Assembly (NCBI GenBank): GCA_963741205.1
Contig: CAVUHW010000027.1
Span: forward strand, 96,001-160,000
Origin: Nitrospirota bacterium
GTDB taxonomy: Bacteria; Nitrospirota; UBA9217
DNA: 64,000 nucleotides
Reading direction: 5' to 3'
Shown here one piece after another: positions 31,926-41,674 of this stretch (within the stretch, counting starts at the first letter, position 1; every line of letters begins with the position of its first letter). The notes under the pieces were generated by a model that worked only from the letters and a program-made list of their open reading frames with translations, was not told the DNA's origin and ran no database searches. The position numbers and the translations under genes were made by a program.

Positions 31926-32375
31926 ATGAAACGCGAGCCGGTCATCGTAGGTTTCCTGTGTAACTGGTGCTCTTACCGGGCCGCCGATCTCGCCGGGACA
32001 TCCCGCATTCACTACGCGCCCAACCTCAGAGTGATCCGGGTCATGTGCAGCGGCAGGGTTGAGCCGCAGTTCGTGCTCAAGGCCTTCAGCGAAGGGGCTG
32101 ATGGCGTCCTGATAGCCGGGTGTCATCCCGGAGAGTGCCATTACGTTGAGGGCAATCTCAAGGCGCTTCGCCGCTTCCACCTTTTAAGAAAGACCATCGG
32201 CCAGTTCGGCATTGAAAAGGAACGAATCCAACTGCTCTGGGCCTCCGCATCGGAGGGCGCCATTCTGGCGGAGAGGATCGATGCCATGACGCACCAGTTG
32301 CGGGAAATGGGACCTCTCGGCTGGAAGGCAATCGCTTCAGCGAAGGAATTCTCTCCCATGACGGAGATGGGATGA
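31926..32375 (+). CDS. mvhD: Hydrogenase iron-sulfur subunit MvhD
   Basis: FLCNWCSY, RVMCSGRV, GCHPGECHY, WASASEG. Confidence 0.93.
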   Translation: MKREPVIVGFLCNWCSYRAADLAGTSRIHYAPNLRVIRVMCSGRVEPQFVLKAFSEGADGVLIAGCHPGECHYVEGNLKALRRFHLLRKTIGQFGIEKERIQLLWASASEGAILAERIDAMTHQLREMGPLGWKAIASAKEFSPMTEMG

Positions 32376-33388
32376 TGGCCGAAAAACCGAAATTCGCCAT
32401 GTATTGGGCTGCATCCTGCGGCGGCTGCGAGATATCCCTGCTCGGTCTCCATGAGAAAATACTCGACATTGCGGCTGCCTTTGATCCTGTTTTCTGGCCC
32501 TGCATACTGGACGGCAAGAAGAAGGACATAGAAGCGATTCCGGACCGGGGAATAGCGCTCTGTCTTTTCAATGGCGCCATCAGGAACGAGGAGAACGAAG
32601 AGATGGCACGTCTCCTGAGGAGAAAATCGGTTCTCCTCGTTGCTTACGGCTCATGCGCCCATGAGGGTTGCATACCGGGCCTCTCGAATTTTTCTACGGC
32701 AAAGGACCATTTTAGAGCGTCCTATCTCGAAAACGCTTCCACGGACAACGTAGAGGGGATAACACCGAAGAGGAAAACGTCCGTACCGGAGGGGACATTG
32801 AGTCTTCCCGGATTTTACGATACGGTACGGAGCCTGGGACAGACGGTTGAGGTGGATTATATTATTCCCGGATGCCCCCCGGAAGCCCCTCAGATCCAGG
32901 CCGTGATGGACGCGATCATCTCGGGCGCCGAGCTTCCGCCGAAGGGGTCGGTGATCGGCGCCGGGAAGACGGCGCTGTGCGAAGAATGCCCGAGGAAGAG
33001 GGACGTGATGCGCATCAAGCGTTTCCACCGCCCCCATGAGATCATCCCTGACGGGGAAACCTGTCTCCTTGAGTTGGGCATCATCTGCATGGGCCCCGCG
33101 ACACGGAGCGGGTGCGCCGCCCTTTGCCCGCGGAACAACATGCCCTGCATCGGCTGCTACGGACCTCCGCCGAACGTCATTGACCAGGGTTCGAAGATGC
33201 TTTCCGCCATAGCCTCGATCATGGAAACCGACCATGAGGGCAAGACGGAAGAGCAGATCGACCGCGAGATCGGCGATCTGGTTGATACCATAGTCGACCC
33301 GGCCGGCACGTTCTACAAGTTTAGTCTGCCCGATTCGCTTCTCCGGAGGGCCAGACCGCCGGAAGAACGGGAGGAGAAGAGGGTTTGA
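32372..33388 (+). CDS. mvhG: Group 3c [NiFe] hydrogenase small subunit
   Basis: ASCGGCEIS, YGSCAHEGCIPG, PGCPP, LCEEC, ICMGPATRSGC, CIGCYG. Confidence 0.9.
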   Translation: MMAEKPKFAMYWAASCGGCEISLLGLHEKILDIAAAFDPVFWPCILDGKKKDIEAIPDRGIALCLFNGAIRNEENEEMARLLRRKSVLLVAYGSCAHEGCIPGLSNFSTAKDHFRASYLENASTDNVEGITPKRKTSVPEGTLSLPGFYDTVRSLGQTVEVDYIIPGCPPEAPQIQAVMDAIISGAELPPKGSVIGAGKTALCEECPRKRDVMRIKRFHRPHEIIPDGETCLLELGIICMGPATRSGCAALCPRNNMPCIGCYGPPPNVIDQGSKMLSAIASIMETDHEGKTEEQIDREIGDLVDTIVDPAGTFYKFSLPDSLLRRARPPEEREEKRV

Positions 33389-34869
33389 AAAAAATAACCA
33401 TCGACCCGATCACGCGGCTGGAGGGTCACGGCAAGATAGATATATTTCTGAATGACGAAGGAGACGTGGAGAATACGTACTTCATCGTGCCCGAACTTCG
33501 CGGCTTCGAGCAATTCTGCGTGGGAAGGGCCGCGGAGGAAATGCCGAACATTACCAATCGCATCTGCGGGATCTGCCCGGAAGCCCATCACGTGGCGTCG
33601 GCAAAGGCGCTGGACGCCCTGTATAAGGTAGAGCCTCCCCCTGCCGCTCAGAAAATCCGGGAGATGTTCTATTCGGCGTTCTTCGTAACAGACCACACCA
33701 CTCACTTCTATGCCCTCGGCGGGCCGGATTTTATTGTAGGCCCGGATGCCCCTCCTGCCGAGAGAAACATACTCGGCGTCGTGAAAAAAATAGGTCTCGA
33801 GATCGGCGCACAGGTGTTCGACTGCCGAAAGCGGAACCACCAGGTTATCAAGATGTTGGGTGGCAGAGCGATCCATCCGAATGCCGGCCTTCCCGGTGGC
33901 TGGTCAAAATCCGTAACCGAAGAGGAAAGGAAGGAGATCGAGGCGATTGCCCTGAAGAACGTTGATTTCGCCCTCTTCAGCCTGCAGTTGTTCGAAGACA
34001 TCGTTCTCAAGAACCAGGCGTACGCGGATCTTATCCTGTCCGACGTCTATTATCACGAGACCTATTACATGGGCACCGTTGACGAACGGAACCGCGTCAA
34101 CTTCTATGACGGAAAGATACGGGTCGTGTCCCCGAATGGGGAGGAATTCGCAAAATACGACGCAGGAGATTACCTGCAGCATGTAGCGGAACACGTGGAG
34201 GAATGGACCTACCTTAAATTCCCTTATCTCAAAAAGATCGGCTGGAAGGGTTTTGTCGACGGACCGGAAAGCGGCGTCTACTGCGCCACTCCGCTCTCGA
34301 GGATGAATGCCTCCGACGGCATGGCCACGCCCAAGGCGCAGGAGTTCTTCGAGAAATTCTATGCTACCCTCGGCTCAAAAACAGTGAACGGGAGGCGAAA
34401 GCCCGTCCATCACCGGCTTGCAACGCATTGGGCCAGGCTGATCGAGCTCCTCTACGCGGCCGAGCGCATGCTCGAACTGGCCAGGGACCCCGAGATCACC
34501 GACCCGAACGTGAGGGTGATCCCGACCGAGAGACCGCAAGAGGGCGTCGGCTCGGTGGAGGCGCCGAGGGGGACCTTGACCCACCACTACTGGACGGATG
34601 AGCAGGGAGTGCTCACGAAGGTGAACCTGATAGTCGGCACGACGAACAATTACGCGCCGATTTCGATGTCGGTCAAAAAAGCCGCGCAGAAACTGATAAC
34701 AAAGGGCAAGGTCATCGAGGAGGGCCTTCTGAATAAGATCGAGATGGCGTTCAGGCTCTATGACCCCTGTTTCTCCTGCGCCACCCATTCGCTACCCGGT
34801 CAGATGCCGCTGATCGTGCGTATCAGAAACAGGAGGGGTGAGCTTCTGCGGACCTTGCGGCAGGATTGA
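33385..34869 (+). CDS. mvhA: Group 3c [NiFe] hydrogenase large subunit
   Basis: [36 protein letters not shown]. Confidence 0.93.
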   Translation: MKKITIDPITRLEGHGKIDIFLNDEGDVENTYFIVPELRGFEQFCVGRAAEEMPNITNRICGICPEAHHVASAKALDALYKVEPPPAAQKIREMFYSAFFVTDHTTHFYALGGPDFIVGPDAPPAERNILGVVKKIGLEIGAQVFDCRKRNHQVIKMLGGRAIHPNAGLPGGWSKSVTEEERKEIEAIALKNVDFALFSLQLFEDIVLKNQAYADLILSDVYYHETYYMGTVDERNRVNFYDGKIRVVSPNGEEFAKYDAGDYLQHVAEHVEEWTYLKFPYLKKIGWKGFVDGPESGVYCATPLSRMNASDGMATPKAQEFFEKFYATLGSKTVNGRRKPVHHRLATHWARLIELLYAAERMLELARDPEITDPNVRVIPTERPQEGVGSVEAPRGTLTHHYWTDEQGVLTKVNLIVGTTNNYAPISMSVKKAAQKLITKGKVIEEGLLNKIEMAFRLYDPCFSCATHSLPGQMPLIVRIRNRRGELLRTLRQD

Positions 34870-34884
34870 GTACGCGGGAACAAT

Positions 34885-34979
34885 CGAGGGACGTAGTACG
34901 AGTGACGAGGGACGAAAAAGCAGTGAAACCATCGTCCATCGTCCTAGTGAGCTAAGCGAACGATCGTCCGTCGTCCATC
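34885..34979. repeat. Inverted heptamer arrays (GGACGA/TCGTCC family) with GAGCTAAGCGAAC insert
   Basis: Closely related element at 62620-62710 shares TCGTCCATCGTCCTAGTGAGC.AAGCGAAC. Confidence 0.75.
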
Positions 34980-34987
34980 ATGCTATT

Positions 34988-35440
34988 ATGAAGACTCTTA
35001 TAATCGGTCTCGGCAACACCATACTCAGGGATGACGGCGTGGGAATTCGGGCCGTTCGAGCACTGCGGAAACGAATCGACGACCGCCAGGACATCGAGTT
35101 CGTGGAGCTGTCGGTTGGCGGCATGCGGCTCATGGAGGAAATGGCCGGATACGACAGGGTGATGCTCATCGACGCCGTGATAACCGGCGGGAGTTTGCCG
35201 GGAGCTGTCTCCCGGCTGGATATCGATGATCTCGCCATGTCCCTGCACACGTCTTCGACCCATGACACCAGCCTCGCCTGCGCGCTGAAGGGAGGCAGAA
35301 GACTCGGCATCAAGCTTCCTTCCGAGATCGTCATCTGGGGAATCGAGGCCCGCGATGTCAACACCTTCGGTGAGAACATGACACCGGAAGTGCAAGCGGC
35401 GATACCCCGTGTTGTCGATGAGGTGCTGGAGGTGTTGTAA
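34988..35440 (+). CDS. Second hydrogenase maturation protease
   Basis: GLGNTILRDDGVG, IDAV, STHD, WGIE. Confidence 0.88.
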   Translation: MKTLIIGLGNTILRDDGVGIRAVRALRKRIDDRQDIEFVELSVGGMRLMEEMAGYDRVMLIDAVITGGSLPGAVSRLDIDDLAMSLHTSSTHDTSLACALKGGRRLGIKLPSEIVIWGIEARDVNTFGENMTPEVQAAIPRVVDEVLEVL

Positions 35441-35613
35441 GCCGCTTCTGGAGACGGGAGCCGAGGGATGAAAGGGTAAAAAGACTTTACGATAGCTGTC
35501 TCTGCGTCAAACAACGGACTTCAGCCTTGACATAACCGCAGAAATATGGGATAAAGTTAGTGTCCTTTCCGCATCCCTCCGTGGAACATTCCATCGTCGA
35601 AACGGGAAAATCA

Positions 35614-35961
35614 ATGCACGAAACATCCCTTGCCCAAAGTATCCTTGATATTGCCCTGGAAAAATGTCGTGAGGCCGGAGGCACCACGGTCGATTCGGTA
35701 AGGGTCCGGATCGGAAAAGCTGCCGGCGTCCTTCCTGACGCGCTCCAGTTCGCGTTCGATGCGGTCAAGATTGAGACCGCTGCGGAGAAGGCGCAGCTCG
35801 TTATCGAGCATGTTCCCGTAGGCGGAGTTTGCATCGACTGCAAAAAAGAGTTTACGGTCGATGACGAGCAGTATGTATTTTCCTGTCCATTCTGCGGTTC
35901 GAAAACCTTCAAGGTGACCAGCGGCCGCGAGATGGAAATGGTGGATATGGAGATCAATTGA
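35614..35961 (+). CDS. hypA: Hydrogenase nickel metallochaperone
   Basis: MHETSLA, CIDC, CPFCGS, GREM. Confidence 0.93.
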   Translation: MHETSLAQSILDIALEKCREAGGTTVDSVRVRIGKAAGVLPDALQFAFDAVKIETAAEKAQLVIEHVPVGGVCIDCKKEFTVDDEQYVFSCPFCGSKTFKVTSGREMEMVDMEIN

Positions 35962-35986
35962 AGAGAAGACGTCCACTGCTTAATTC

Positions 35987-36203
35987 CGTCATCCCCGAAA
36001 GATTCTATCGGGGATATGGTTTGCTTGGACCAAGGCAACCACGTTGCCGTGAGTTCGCCGCCACACTCTGCTCTAGCGCAGACGCACACCCTGCATTCGC
36101 GGCGTAGCACTCATACCGCTGAGCGCAGGCTCCAAAACGCTGTGTGCAGGCGGTCGGCTCGATCCATAAACACCGGATTCTCGATTGAACCTTCGGGAAT
36201 GAC
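35987..36203. repeat. CGTC-type REP-like element containing two nested copies of the 43-bp mini-element (36064-36151 outer, 36087-36130 inner)
   Basis: CGTCATCCCCGA..TCGGGGAT ... TTCGGGAATGAC termini; internal CACCCTGCA...GCAGGC. Confidence 0.75.
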
Positions 36204-36227
36204 AAGTCATCACAAGGAAGGGATATC

Positions 36228-36873
36228 ATGAAAGTCAAAGTCGTAACACGCATACTCGAAGCGAACGACAGAATCGCAGAAGAGAACCGGAGGCGGTTCC
36301 GCGAAGCCGGGGTTTATGTCGTGAACCTTATGGGCGCGCCGGGCGCGGGCAAGACCACGCTTCTTGAGCGGACGATAAGCGCGTTAAAGCCTCATCTAAA
36401 GATAGGCGTCATCGAAGGGGACATCGTCGGTTCCGACGATGCAGAACGCATCGGCGCTCTTGAACATACCGGTGGTGCAGATCAACACCGGCGGCGCCTG
36501 CCACCTGGACGCGAATATGATCAATGAGGTCCTTGGCGAACTTCCGATCAAAGACCTTGATCTGCTGATCATCGAGAACGTCGGAAATCTCGTCTGCCCC
36601 GCAGAGTTCAAGGTCGGCGAGGACATGAAAATGATGGTGCTGTCCGTAGCCGAAGGGCATGACAAACCGCTCAAATATCCCCTCATGTTCCAGGAATCCT
36701 CGGCCCTGGTTTTGAACAAGATCGATCTACTTCCCTACATGAATACGGATATGAACAAGGTCCGGAAGGACTCCCTGGCCCTGAATCCCAAACTGAAAAT
36801 ATTCGAAGTCTCCTGCGCTACGGGGGCGGGAATAGACCCATGGGTTCAATGGTTACGCGGGCTCAGATCGTAG
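36228..36873 (+). CDS. hypB: Hydrogenase nickel incorporation GTPase (frameshift near 36460)
   Basis: GAPGAGKTTLLE, IEGD, TGGACHLDA, ENVGNLVCPA, DKPLKYP, NKIDL. Confidence 0.92.
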
Positions 36874-39299
36874 TCAAAGGCGTCGTGCAGGGAGTGGGCT
36901 TCAGGCCATTCGTCTACAACCTTGCCGGATCCCTCGGGCTCAAAGGCTATGTGACCAACACGACCGAAGGAGTCTTGATCGACGTCGAGGGGCCGAGGCT
37001 GAGCGAGTTTGTCGAAAGGCTCCGGAACGAAGCCCCTCCGCTTTCGCGGATCACCGATGTTTCCGTGACCACCCTTCCGCAGAGAGGATATCCCGATTTC
37101 GCCATTCACGAGAGCACGGACCTGGCCGGCAACTCGCCGTTTACCCTCGTCTCGCCCGATATCTCGATCTGTGACGATTGCCTGAGAGAACTGCTTGATC
37201 CAGGCGACCGGCGTTATCTCTATCCGTTCATCAATTGCACGAACTGCGGACCGCGTTATTCCATCACGAGGTCCATTCCCTATGATCGCCCGAACACGAC
37301 CATGGCCGGCTTTACCCTGTGTCCCGACTGTCTCGCGGAGTATCAGGACCCCAGGAACAGAAGGTTTCATGCGCAGCCGAACGCCTGTCCTGTCTGCGGA
37401 CCGAAGGTTGAGTTTCGATTGCGGAATGCGGATTGCGGATTGCGGAATAGAGAAGCTATAACAGAGTCTGTGAATCTACTAAAAAACGGAGGCATCGTTG
37501 CCATCAAAGGCATCGGCGGGTTTCATATCGCCTGCGATGCGGCCAACGACGAGGCAGTAAGGAGATTGCGGAAGAAAAAGAGGAAGAGCAACAAACCCTT
37601 TGCCGTGATGTCGCCCGATATCGCCTCGATCGAGCAGTTTTGCGAGGTTTCCCCGGTCGAGCGGGAGACCCTGGTATCAAACAGGCGCCCGATTGTGTTG
37701 CTGCGCAAGAAAGCCGGATGTTCGCTGTCTGATGCGGTATCGCCGAACAATAAGGACATCGGCTTCATGTTGCCCTATACTCCCCTGCATTATCTTTTGT
37801 TCCGTCATCCCTGCGATTCTGGCACGGACCTCGATCGACCGCACTTTAATGCCCTGGTGATGACGAGCGGCAATCTTTCGGAAGAGCCGATCGTCCGCGA
37901 TAACGATGAGGCTATGCAGAAGCTCTCCGATATCGTCGACGGTTTTCTCCTGCATGACCGGGACATCTTCATGCGCGTCGATGATTCGGTCGTACGGATT
38001 GCGGATTTCGACAAATCTACTCCGAACTCTGAACGCGTAACCGTAAACTCTGAACTAGCATTTCTTCGCCGTTCCCGTGGTTATGCGCCTGACCCGATCA
38101 TGCTTCATGACGACGGACCTGAAGTCCTGGGCTGCGGCGCAGACCTGAAAAATACCTTTACCCTGACCAAAGGCGGGTTCGCTGTCCCCAGCCAGCATAT
38201 CGGCGACATGGAAAATTACGAGACCATGAAGTTTTTTGAAGAGTGTCTCGCCAATCTCAAGGCCGTGTACCGGGCGGAACCGGTCGCGATCGTCCATGAT
38301 CTGCATCCCGGATACCTTTCGACGCAATGGGCGATTGAAAAGGGGGGAGGTGTCAAGGGCCAGGGATCAGGAATACCCGAAACCCGGAACTCGCAACTCG
38401 CAACCCGCAACGCGCAACCAACTGTGCGTCTGTTCAGCATTCAGCACCACTACGCCCATATCGGGTCTGTGATGGCCGAACACGGACTCTCTCACAAGGT
38501 CATCGGCGTTGCCTTTGACGGCACCGGCTACGGCACTGACGGAAACCTTTGGGGAGGAGAGTTTCTCGTTGCCGATATCGAAGGATTCGAGCGGGCGGGG
38601 CACTTCGACTATGTCCCGCTTCCCGGCGGCGAATCGGCAATCCGCGAACCGTGGAAAACCGCGGTGAGTTTTATCGCAAAAGCCGGCAAGGACGGCGCGT
38701 GGGGCTTGCTCGATCAGGCCGGATTCGTCCGAAAATACGGCAGAGAAACGATCGAAAGGCTCATGATCGTCTCTCGCTCCCGTGAATTATCTCCTCTCTC
38801 ATCAGGGGCGGGCAGGCTCTTCGACGCCGTCTCAGCGCTTCTCGGCATCTGCGACCTCAATACCTTCGAAGGGGAAGCCGCCATGGCCCTTGAATCCTTT
38901 ACGCAAGAGGGAATCGACGACGAGTATCAGGTTGAGTTCACGCAGGAAAACGGTTATACTATCACGGATTTTTCTCCTGCAATCATCGGGATCATCCACG
39001 ATCTGGATCGTACGTCAAAAGCGGTCATCTCGACAAAGTTTCATAACACTGTGGCAGCTGTTGTACGAACGATGACCGGGAAGATCAGCCGACAATACGG
39101 TCTCAAGGACGTGGCCCTGAGCGGAGGCACATTCCAAAACAGGTATCTCTTGAAGAGAGTGATGCGACTTCTTTCCCAGGACGGCATGAGCGTATGGGTG
39201 AACCGCGCGATGCCGTGTAACGACGCTTGCATATCCCTGGGACAGGCGTATCTGGTGAGGGAAAGACTTAAGAAAGGCATTGAGGCACACGTCGTCTAA
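36849..39299 (+). CDS. hypF: Carbamoyltransferase HypF
   Basis: GVVQGVGFRP, CTNCGPR, RFHAQP, KGIGGFH, SQHIGD, QHHYAH, DGTGYG, SGAGRLFDA. Confidence 0.96.
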   Translation: MVTRAQIVVKGVVQGVGFRPFVYNLAGSLGLKGYVTNTTEGVLIDVEGPRLSEFVERLRNEAPPLSRITDVSVTTLPQRGYPDFAIHESTDLAGNSPFTLVSPDISICDDCLRELLDPGDRRYLYPFINCTNCGPRYSITRSIPYDRPNTTMAGFTLCPDCLAEYQDPRNRRFHAQPNACPVCGPKVEFRLRNADCGLRNREAITESVNLLKNGGIVAIKGIGGFHIACDAANDEAVRRLRKKKRKSNKPFAVMSPDIASIEQFCEVSPVERETLVSNRRPIVLLRKKAGCSLSDAVSPNNKDIGFMLPYTPLHYLLFRHPCDSGTDLDRPHFNALVMTSGNLSEEPIVRDNDEAMQKLSDIVDGFLLHDRDIFMRVDDSVVRIADFDKSTPNSERVTVNSELAFLRRSRGYAPDPIMLHDDGPEVLGCGADLKNTFTLTKGGFAVPSQHIGDMENYETMKFFEECLANLKAVYRAEPVAIVHDLHPGYLSTQWAIEKGGGVKGQGSGIPETRNSQLATRNAQPTVRLFSIQHHYAHIGSVMAEHGLSHKVIGVAFDGTGYGTDGNLWGGEFLVADIEGFERAGHFDYVPLPGGESAIREPWKTAVSFIAKAGKDGAWGLLDQAGFVRKYGRETIERLMIVSRSRELSPLSSGAGRLFDAVSALLGICDLNTFEGEAAMALESFTQEGIDDEYQVEFTQENGYTITDFSPAIIGIIHDLDRTSKAVISTKFHNTVAAVVRTMTGKISRQYGLKDVALSGGTFQNRYLLKRVMRLLSQDGMSVWVNRAMPCNDACISLGQAYLVRERLKKGIEAHVV

Positions 39300-39302
39300 G
39301 CG

Positions 39303-39438
39303 GTCATTCCCGCCTGCGCCCAGCGCTTACGAGTGCATAGCGCGAGTGCAGGGTGAAGGCCCCTATCGGGAATCCATTGTTTGTCGGTTTTTAGATGAAT
39401 TGAAGAGCCACTGGATTCCCGCCTTCGCGGGAATGACG
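39303..39438. repeat. CGTC-type REP-like element with a 44-bp mini-element inserted (39312-39355, minus strand)
   Basis: GTCATTCCCG[insert]AAGGCCCCTATCGGGAATCC ... GGATTCCCGCCTTCGCGGGAATGACG. Confidence 0.8.
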
Positions 39439-39477
39439 ATTAAAATAATATTTAGTTGTGGTTAGAGGTCGACTTAT

Positions 39478-40542
39478 ATGAAGCAGATGCTCGAAGAATT
39501 GCACAGACTTACGGCGGCCATCAACAGGCCGCTCAAACTCATGGAGGTCTGCGGCACCCATACCGTGGAAATATTCAGGCATGGCATCCGCGACGTGATC
39601 CCGAAAAGCATCACCCTTCTCTCCGGGCCCGGATGTCCGGTTTGCGTGACTTCGGTTCGTGATATCGATGCGGCCATAGCGATTGCGCAGGTCCCCGGGG
39701 TTACGATGACGACCTTCGGAGATATGATGCGCGTGCCCGGCGGAAAGGAGTCCCTCCTGGAAGCGAGATCGAAGGGAGCGGACGTGAGGGTGCTCTATTC
39801 CCCGCTCGAGGCCGTCGCTCTGGCGCAGCGGGAACCGAAACGGGAGATCGTTTTTTTCGGGACGGGTTTCGAGACAACTTCTCCGCTCATCGCCGCCAGC
39901 ATTGCCCACGCCGAGCAGATCGGCGTCAAGAATATTTCCGTATATGCTGCGTTCAAGCTTGTTCCGCCCGCACTTCGGGCGCTGCTCGATTCTCCCGACG
40001 TGCAAGTGGACGGTTTTATCCTCCCCGGCCATGTCAGTACGATCATCGGCAAAAAACCGTACGAGTTTGTCGCCGCGCAGTACCGGATACCGTCGGTCAT
40101 CACAGGGTTCGAAGCAAAGGAAATCATCGAGGGAATTCTCATGATCGTGAGGCAGATCGTGCAGAAGAGAGCGGCGGTCGAGATCCAGTACCGGAGCGTG
40201 GTACGGGAGGAAGGCAATCCCCGCGCCGTCGAACTCCTGGACCGGTATTTCGAGCCCGCTGACGCCTACTGGCGGGGGATCGGCGTTATTCCCGGGAGCG
40301 GCCTCAAACTAAGGGAGCGGTATTCCGCATTCGACGCAAATAAAAAATTCAACCCTCCTGTTTCCGATGCCGTAGAGCCGGAGCTCTGCTCCTGCGGCGA
40401 CATTCTGCGGGGCGTAAAAATACCGACGGAATGCGCGCTCTTCGGCACGGGCTGCACGCCGGACGCCCCCGTCGGACCCTGCATGGTCAGCACCGAAGGG
40501 AGCTGTGCGGCGTACTTCAAATACGGAAATTATCATGGATAG
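39478..40542 (+). CDS. hypD: Hydrogenase maturation protein HypD
   Basis: [40 protein letters not shown]. Confidence 0.96.
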   Translation: MKQMLEELHRLTAAINRPLKLMEVCGTHTVEIFRHGIRDVIPKSITLLSGPGCPVCVTSVRDIDAAIAIAQVPGVTMTTFGDMMRVPGGKESLLEARSKGADVRVLYSPLEAVALAQREPKREIVFFGTGFETTSPLIAASIAHAEQIGVKNISVYAAFKLVPPALRALLDSPDVQVDGFILPGHVSTIIGKKPYEFVAAQYRIPSVITGFEAKEIIEGILMIVRQIVQKRAAVEIQYRSVVREEGNPRAVELLDRYFEPADAYWRGIGVIPGSGLKLRERYSAFDANKKFNPPVSDAVEPELCSCGDILRGVKIPTECALFGTGCTPDAPVGPCMVSTEGSCAAYFKYGNYHG

Positions 40543-41534
40543 AATTCTTCTCGGTCATGGCAGCGGCGGCAAGCTCATGCATGAGCTGATCCGCGAGCAC
40601 TTCAGCCCCGCCTTCGGCATCGCGGGGGCCGGCGATTCCGCCGTCATCAACGTTCCCACCGGCCGGCTTGCCTACACGACCGATTCCTACGTGGTAACGC
40701 CGCTGTTCTTTCCCGGCGGCAATATCGGAGAACTGGCGGTGAACGGCACGGTGAACGACCTTGCCGTCTCCGGCGCCGAACCGCTGTATCTTACGGCGGG
40801 GTTCGTCATCGAAGAAGGCTTTCTTCTGTCCGACCTTGAAAAGATCGTCTGCTTCCATGTCCGCCGCCGCTAGAAAGGCCGGCGTCAGGATCGTAGCGGG
40901 CGATACCAAAGTGGTGAACAAAGGCAAGGCGGACGGAATCTTCATCAATACCTCGGGCATTGGAACGCTCCCCGATGGCAGGAACATCTCGGCCATCCGG
41001 GATCAAAAAGGGAGACAAGGTCATCATCAGCGGAGAGATCGGCTGCCATGGCGTTGCCGTCCTCGCCGAGAGAAACGGCCTTACGTTCGAACCGCCCATC
41101 ATCAGTGACACGCGCGCTCTGAATGGGCTTGTGCGCGCCATGTACGGTGTAACCGCTGCAAATCAGGTTCATGCGCGACCCCACCCGGGGAGGTCTTGCC
41201 ACGACGCTGAAAGAAGCGGCCCTTGAATCAGGCCTCTGCATCCGCATTCGCGAACAGTCCCTGCCGGTACCCTCGGGCGTGAAGGGCGCTTGCGGCCTCC
41301 TCGGTCTCGACCCCCTGTATGTGGCGAATGAAGGGATCCTGATCGCTATTGTAGAAAACACCGTAGCCGAATCTCTTGTTGCCGCAATGAGACAACAGGA
41401 GCATGGGCGTCATGCGGCGATCATCGGAGAGGTTGCGGATACTCCCGTCCGGCATGGTCCTGCTCGAAACCGCCATCGGCGGTAACCGCATCATCGACAT
41501 GCTCCAGGGAGAACAGCTCCCCAGGATCTGCTGA
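40535..41534 (+). CDS. hypE: Hydrogenase maturation protein HypE (about three frameshifts)
   Basis: [38 protein letters not shown], terminal LPRIC. Confidence 0.92.
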
Positions 41535-41559
41535 AAAGCATCGTTTCACCACCTTTTTT

Positions 41560-41638
41560 GTCATGCCTGCGAAAGCAGGCATCCATTGGCTTTTTAAAGA
41601 TAGCTTCAAAATGGATTCCCGCTTTCGCGGGAATGACG
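41560..41638. repeat. CGTC-type REP-like doublet
   Basis: GTCATGCCTGCGAAAGCAGGCATCCA ... TGGATTCCCGCTTTCGCGGGAATGACG. Confidence 0.8.
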
Positions 41639-41674
41639 ACCTTTTGCACTTATCGTTCACTCCTTAGCTAATCT

